In this document: positions 39,037 through 43,117 of the stretch, one piece after another
Position numbering within the stretch: the first letter of the stretch is position 1
How the letters are laid out: every line of letters starts with the position of its first letter
Source: an uncultured Pseudomonadota bacterium
Lineage (GTDB): Bacteria; Babelota; Babeliae; Babelales; UBA12409
Length of the DNA: 43,117 nt
Direction of reading: 5' to 3'
Assembly (NCBI GenBank): GCA_964549515.1
Contig: CAZJVC010000001.1
Span: 10,011-53,127 of the forward strand
Notes under the pieces: generated by a model
Seen by the model: the letters and a program-made list of their open reading frames with translations, nothing else
Told to the model about the DNA's origin: nothing
Databases searched by the model: none
Position numbers and translations under genes: made by a program

Positions 39037-39456
39037 TTAAATCCCTAAAGTCGTTAGCTTAAATTCTGAAGAATATTTTGTATCAGTTATCCCGTCCCCG
39101 GGTTTCTGTGACACAAATTGAGCCATCTTCATTGAAAGATCGTCTTTCGTTATCGACTTATACACTCTTTCTACCATGATGCCATCTTTAATAAAAATCA
39201 GAGCTGGAACACGAACTTTAAAACCGCGCCTGACGCCCCATCTTTCAGCAATTTTATATTCCCGATCAACATTAAGTATAGCAAATTTGACTTCTTGATT
39301 TCGCTTTTTGATATATTCTTCCTCGATCCTCTCCAAAATCCCTTTCATTTTACGACATGATTTACTCCAGCTAGCCTCAGCTAGAACAACAATCGGAATC
39401 TCCGTAGCAATTTCTTGCTTAAGGTTCCTACTTGTTAATCCAACAAACATAACCAT
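39037..39456 (-). CDS. Thioredoxin-fold protein with a degenerate active site (WSKSC, i.e. SxxC), a monothiol type.
   Basis: The pattern ...VVLAEASWSKSCRKM...VPALIFIKDG... matches the thioredoxin fold, but the first Cys is replaced by Ser. Confidence 0.55.
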   Translation of the reverse strand: MVMFVGLTSRNLKQEIATEIPIVVLAEASWSKSCRKMKGILERIEEEYIKKRNQEVKFAILNVDREYKIAERWGVRRGFKVRVPALIFIKDGIMVERVYKSITKDDLSMKMAQFVSQKPGDGITDTKYSSEFKLTTLGI

Positions 39457-39486
39457 CTCCTTTACATAGAAAAAATAAACGAATAT

Positions 39487-40116
39487 CTACTTTGGGATTC
39501 TTAACGCCAGTATCTGGTTCTGAAATTTCTGGCTAAATTTAGAACCACAAACTTCAACTGGCAAACGTATTTCTTCACTTTGTTCATGGCCTTTTGAATC
39601 CTTAAACACAATACTTACTCTTTTCTCTTGCGCATAAACTTTAATATTTTCTTCTCGCACACCTAGAAGTTCCATGATTATTACCATTTCATGATCTTCA
39701 TCAAAAATATCTATAGGCAGCGCCTTTTTTTTCAATGTCTCAATTGATTGTTTCCACTTCTCAGGATTTCGCACTGCGATAAAAAGCCGCTTGAGGATAA
39801 TCCTGTTGTGCAAATTATTAGTCCAATTATTAGTCCAAAAAAGATTAAGTTGAGGCACCTTCTTACCAAAAATCCATTTTCTTTTTACTATCTCCATCGC
39901 CTGAATATCGCGCAGAAAAAATGCAAATTTAACTTTTTTCACTTGCACAAAAAGAAGCCTCTTATTGGTAAGATACAAAAGACCAGGCCTCCAGACAGAA
40001 AAGAGTGAACCTACATCGTAAGAAGCAGTATAATAAAATATAACCCTCTCCCCTCTCATCAAAGGGAACGGGATTGGTCTTTCTATAAGATCTAATGTAT
40101 ATTTCCTATATCTCAT
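39487..40116 (-). CDS. Two-domain protein with an N-terminal bacterial PH-like (bPH_2-type) domain and a C-terminal truncated alpha-crystallin/Hsp20-like domain (GvpH-like).
   Basis: The N-terminal region has RPGLLYLTNKRLLFVQ (G.L.LTN.RL.F). The C-terminal region, LGVREENIKVYAQEKRVSIVFKD...IRLPVEVCGSKFSQKFQNQILALRIPK, matches the ACD pattern (LPGV..EDI.V......L.I...LP....F...F.NG.L.I..PK). It is paralogous to 40106-40648. Confidence 0.5.
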   Translation of the reverse strand: MRYRKYTLDLIERPIPFPLMRGERVIFYYTASYDVGSLFSVWRPGLLYLTNKRLLFVQVKKVKFAFFLRDIQAMEIVKRKWIFGKKVPQLNLFWTNNWTNNLHNRIILKRLFIAVRNPEKWKQSIETLKKKALPIDIFDEDHEMVIIMELLGVREENIKVYAQEKRVSIVFKDSKGHEQSEEIRLPVEVCGSKFSQKFQNQILALRIPK

Positions 40117-40648
40117 TTTTTGGTATCTTTATTGTAAGCATTTGATTTTGAAACTTCCGACTAAATTCTGAAGTGCAAACCCGTCTAGGCAAATTTATTT
40201 CTTCACCTTGCTCAATGCCTTCTCTATCTTTAAATAAAATATTTAGCGTTTTCTCTTGAACGTCAATCTTGATATCTTCTTCTTGCACACCTGGAAGCCC
40301 TACAATTATTACTGTCTCTTTGGCTTCCTCAAAAACATCTACCAGTAATCCTACAGATATCTTTGCTTCTTCACTTCTTTTTTCGGTTAACCACCAACTA
40401 AACAAAACTTTTTCGCCAGTTTGAACATCAATATGCAACTTTTCAAATACTAGTATCGGCTTTCTTAGAATTTTTAAGGCTCGCGCGTTTATAACATCCT
40501 TAATTCTCATCAAGCTATTCATATCGCTGGATTCACCAAAAATCTCTGTTAGCTCATCAAGCCTTGCATGCCTATGTTCCAGGAGATGTGAAATTGCATT
40601 ACGGCTCCTTAAATCTAATTCATTGAGAAGTCGCTCAAGGTTGGCCAT
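40106..40648 (-). CDS. Hsp20/alpha-crystallin-like (GvpH-like) protein with an N-terminal helical domain of unknown function.
   Basis: The C-terminus, IIVGLPGVQEEDIKIDVQEKTLNILFKD...INLPRRVCTSEFSRKFQNQMLTIKIPK, has the ACD pattern and is paralogous to the preceding gene. Confidence 0.5.
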   Translation of the reverse strand: MANLERLLNELDLRSRNAISHLLEHRHARLDELTEIFGESSDMNSLMRIKDVINARALKILRKPILVFEKLHIDVQTGEKVLFSWWLTEKRSEEAKISVGLLVDVFEEAKETVIIVGLPGVQEEDIKIDVQEKTLNILFKDREGIEQGEEINLPRRVCTSEFSRKFQNQMLTIKIPKNEI

Positions 40649-40947
40649 TATACTAACTCAGGAGAAATTTTTTTCTTCCGATGCTCTGTTTCCCAAGCCC
40701 TGGTTTCCTCATCCCAAGCCTGCATTACCCCATATTTAAGCATAGTCTCCATCCCAGCCAATGCTGCACGCAAGTTAATACCAATTAAAGGAACTCCGGC
40801 AACCGAGATAATAATATCAGCATTAATTACCAAGCCCTTATCTAAAGCCCGATCTAATAAGTCTACCAAGGTTGCTTGTGTGGTTCTCTCAAATTCACCA
40901 TCGAGCGGCTCTGTGACAACAGATTTCATTTTTACACCTTTATACAA
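40648..40947 (-). CDS. Gas vesicle structural protein family member (GvpA/J/M-like).
   Basis: LVDLLDRALDKGLVINADIIISVAGVPLIGINLRAALAGMETMLKYG matches the GvpA-family core (L.D..DR.LDKG.V...D...S..G.EL..I..R...AS.ET...Y). An alternative start lies at 40929. Confidence 0.75.
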   Translation of the reverse strand: MYKGVKMKSVVTEPLDGEFERTTQATLVDLLDRALDKGLVINADIIISVAGVPLIGINLRAALAGMETMLKYGVMQAWDEETRAWETEHRKKKISPELV

Positions 40948-41710
40948 AACTATACGGCGCCCAAGGGCCAGTAAAACGAACAGAAAACTCTTCTAAATGG
41001 TCAATTTTTATGAGCTCTCTGCTCAATATCTTAATATTCTCTTTAGGAAGCAAGCAAGAAAAATTTAGCAACATCTGCTTATCAACCACAGGCTTTTTTG
41101 TTCTTTCAACTTTAATTTCATCTACACATTTTTTAATTCTGTCATAAAAATCTTTGAAACAGCTCGTTGCTTTCTCTTCTATTTTCTTTCGCAAAAGTTT
41201 CTCAAGTTTTTGCTTATACATATAAGCTAAGCCGCGAGATTTAGACTTTATCTCTTCATTTAACTTATTAATCTCAGAATCATTTTCTATCAAGCGCTCC
41301 CCAACCAACTTAGGAAACCAAAAAATCTGAATGCCATACTCAGCTTTGCCTTTAACTTTAGTCAATTTCTGTTTCAAATTTTCATAATCATCATGTATCC
41401 AGCGCTTCAAATTTTCCTTAGCTTCAATCCCTTCTTCACCTTTAATTATTGTACTAAAACCTAAAGGTAAAATTGTGCCAAATCTTTGCCAGGCGGCATC
41501 GATAGTTTTTTGATGAGCTATTATCCACTTTGTTACTATCTTGTCATTTTCAGATTTATAGAAAGTTATGGGAGAATCATGAACTATAGCACATAGGTCT
41601 TGATAAGCAATAGTATAAACTTTATTTTCATCAACCCCCATATTGCCAAAATTTATTTTTTCATTTCCTTCCGCTAGACAGTAAAGATATAAGCCATTTG
41701 CCATTTTCAA
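40940..41710 (-). CDS. Gas vesicle protein of the GvpF/GvpL family.
   Basis: The N-terminus GLYLYCLAEG...VYTIAYQDLCAIVHD and the C-terminus FTGPWAPYSFV are both characteristic of GvpF/L. It is translationally coupled to its neighbours by 4-8 nt overlaps. Confidence 0.8.
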   Translation of the reverse strand: MKMANGLYLYCLAEGNEKINFGNMGVDENKVYTIAYQDLCAIVHDSPITFYKSENDKIVTKWIIAHQKTIDAAWQRFGTILPLGFSTIIKGEEGIEAKENLKRWIHDDYENLKQKLTKVKGKAEYGIQIFWFPKLVGERLIENDSEINKLNEEIKSKSRGLAYMYKQKLEKLLRKKIEEKATSCFKDFYDRIKKCVDEIKVERTKKPVVDKQMLLNFSCLLPKENIKILSRELIKIDHLEEFSVRFTGPWAPYSFV

Positions 41711-42030
41711 ATTTCCTTTTGCTTAGCTTTTCTTTCCCGTTCAGTAGGATTTATCATTTTATTTAAGACATCATCCACAATACTATCAAGCCCATCTCTT
41801 ACCGATTTGACCGACTCAGTAACACCTTGCTCTTTTTTTATCTCCTCAACAGCCAAATCTAAATCCATAAGAGCTTCACCCAACCTGTCTATCTCCTCTT
41901 CAGTTAGATTTCCACTTTCCATCCGCTTCATTGCTTGAATATTAAGTGTCTCTTTAATAATTTCTACCAAGGATATAACAAGGCCCAAGACGCCGTGTTT
42001 CAGATTCTTTTCGTCAATATCTATAGGCAT
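41707..42030 (-). CDS. Gas vesicle protein GvpK.
   Basis: GVLGLVISLVEIIKETLNIQAMKRMESGNLTEEEIDRLGEALMDLDLAVEEIK matches the GvpK consensus (LVLTLVELLRQL.E.QAIRR.E.G.LT.EE.ERLG..LM.LE). Confidence 0.75.
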   Translation of the reverse strand: MPIDIDEKNLKHGVLGLVISLVEIIKETLNIQAMKRMESGNLTEEEIDRLGEALMDLDLAVEEIKKEQGVTESVKSVRDGLDSIVDDVLNKMINPTERERKAKQKEI

Positions 42031-42041
42031 TGCTAGCTCTC

Positions 42042-42491
42042 TTAGATTTTAAGATTTGTTATCTTAAACCCTGTATATTCTTGCCCTACAGAACCTTTAT
42101 CAATTGAAAGATCTTCCTCTCTTTCAGCTGACAGTTTTCGAGCAGGTACAACACGCACCGGATCCTCGTAAACGTTTCTAAAAATATCCGCTTTGTTTAT
42201 CTCATCCCTTATCTGCTGCATCACTTTTGTTTTGGCTTTCTGATTAAGCGCCTTGAATCTGCACGTATTTAGTTTTAAATTTCGTTTTGCCACTTTCTGC
42301 GTTTCTCTCTCGGCAAATTCACGCAGTTCTTCTTTATCTCTTTCATTCAGAATTGGGCCGCCAAATAGCTTCTGAAGGCCACTTTCCAGCTCCGTCGCCG
42401 ACGATACAACAAGGCCCATTGGGCTCTTACGTTTTCTTACAACATCCAAACCACTTCTTAGATCATTAACTGTACTAAATTTTTTCTTCAT
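42042..42491 (-). CDS. Hypothetical protein within the gvp-like operon. It could be an accessory Gvp such as GvpG or GvpO, but this is unresolved.
   Basis: It sits between the GvpA-like and GvpK genes on the same strand with short spacers. It is charged with a helical E/K/R-rich centre, and there is no confident motif match. Confidence 0.4.
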   Translation of the reverse strand: MKKKFSTVNDLRSGLDVVRKRKSPMGLVVSSATELESGLQKLFGGPILNERDKEELREFAERETQKVAKRNLKLNTCRFKALNQKAKTKVMQQIRDEINKADIFRNVYEDPVRVVPARKLSAEREEDLSIDKGSVGQEYTGFKITNLKI

Positions 42492-42510
42492 ACTCGTTCT
42501 CTAGGTTATC

Positions 42511-42864
42511 CTAAATTACCTGTTTTTGCTCTATTTTTACCTTAGCACTTTGCCAGCCACACCATTTACAACCTTCATTTAGCAGCTCGTCAACCACCGC
42601 CCTTTTACCACATTGGGGGCATTCCTCTTTATTTTTTGTTGCCTCCTTCCATGCATCAGTTTGTGTATTAACACTCGATGGAAATTCTAACCCATACCGC
42701 GCCGCTGTTTCAAAAGAAGCAAGAGCCGCCCTAATTTTAATTCCCAAAAGCTCGACTCCGGCAACGGACACCGTGATATCAGCATTGATTACCAATCCCT
42801 TATCTAGAACTCTATCGATAAGGTCAGCCAAACCACCCGCCTCTTTCTTCTCGTCTAATTCCAT
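42511..42864 (-). CDS. GvpA/GvpJ-family gas vesicle structural protein with a C-terminal Cys4 extension that looks like a zinc ribbon.
   Basis: LADLIDRVLDKGLVINADITVSVAGVELLGIKIRAALASFETAARYG aligns almost position for position with the GvpA core. The extra C-terminal roughly 55 aa contain CPQC...CKWC. Confidence 0.8.
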   Translation of the reverse strand: MELDEKKEAGGLADLIDRVLDKGLVINADITVSVAGVELLGIKIRAALASFETAARYGLEFPSSVNTQTDAWKEATKNKEECPQCGKRAVVDELLNEGCKWCGWQSAKVKIEQKQVI

Positions 42865-43117
42865 GTTTCCTCAAATCTCTCGTGCCAAATTTTAACGAAC
42901 CAATGAATCTCATACTACAAAGATTCTTGGTCCATAACTCCTATCTGAGAAAAGTATATATCAAATTCCATCATTTGGAAACGCTTCTAGCTTGATTCAA
43001 TAGCTGCACGTCCTCACAAGTTTTCCAGTTTTTTATCCTTGCTCTTTTTCTTCGCTAAAAAGTAAATATTAGTGCAGTATCCGTATTCTGTTAAATCCAA
43101 GTACACCATTGCAATTC

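Overview
This is an AT-rich bacterial chromosomal window with short, tightly packed genes; the taxon cannot be determined from sequence alone. Most of it is conserved housekeeping. The minus strand carries a complete str/S10/spc/alpha ribosomal superoperon: rpsL-rpsG-fusA-tuf-rpsJ-rplC-rplD-rplW-rplB-rpsS-rplV-rpsC-rplP-rpmC-rpsQ-rplN-rplX-rplE-rpsN-rpsH-rplF-rplR-rpsE-rplO-secY-adk-map-infA-rpmJ-rpsM-rpsK-rpsD-rpoA-rplQ (16250-35217). Other recognisable genes are dnaJ, a phosphomannomutase, nfo, gap, rnhA, rseP, an orphan sbcC, a tRNA-Met (CAU), a TonB-like protein and an FAD oxidoreductase plus sugar epimerase pair. Three things stand out. First, a compact minus-strand cluster (39487-42864) encodes gas-vesicle-protein homologues: a GvpA/J-like protein with a C-terminal Cys4 extension, GvpK, GvpF/L, a second GvpA/J/M-like protein and two paralogous GvpH-like proteins with a truncated Hsp20 domain, flanked by two thioredoxin-fold genes. 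It runs to the window edge, so gvpN/gvpG-type genes may lie beyond. Second, a pervasive family of short palindromic repeats is built from CCTG-aa-CAGG / CAGG-ATWAT-CCTG modules. Their units are always 15 or 18 bp, so they are frame-neutral. They occur as tandem arrays both between genes and in frame inside genes, including gap, the TonB-like gene and the FAD oxidoreductase. Third, a GC-rich dispersed repeat family (1-80, 5461-5590, 37066-37305) shares a segment that is inverted between copies; one copy abuts a truncated remnant of a flavoprotein (SdhA/FrdA/NadB-type) gene. Smaller oddities are a likely frameshift at an A6 run in a coiled-coil gene, paired signal-peptide proteins and a cysteine-rich small secreted ORF.
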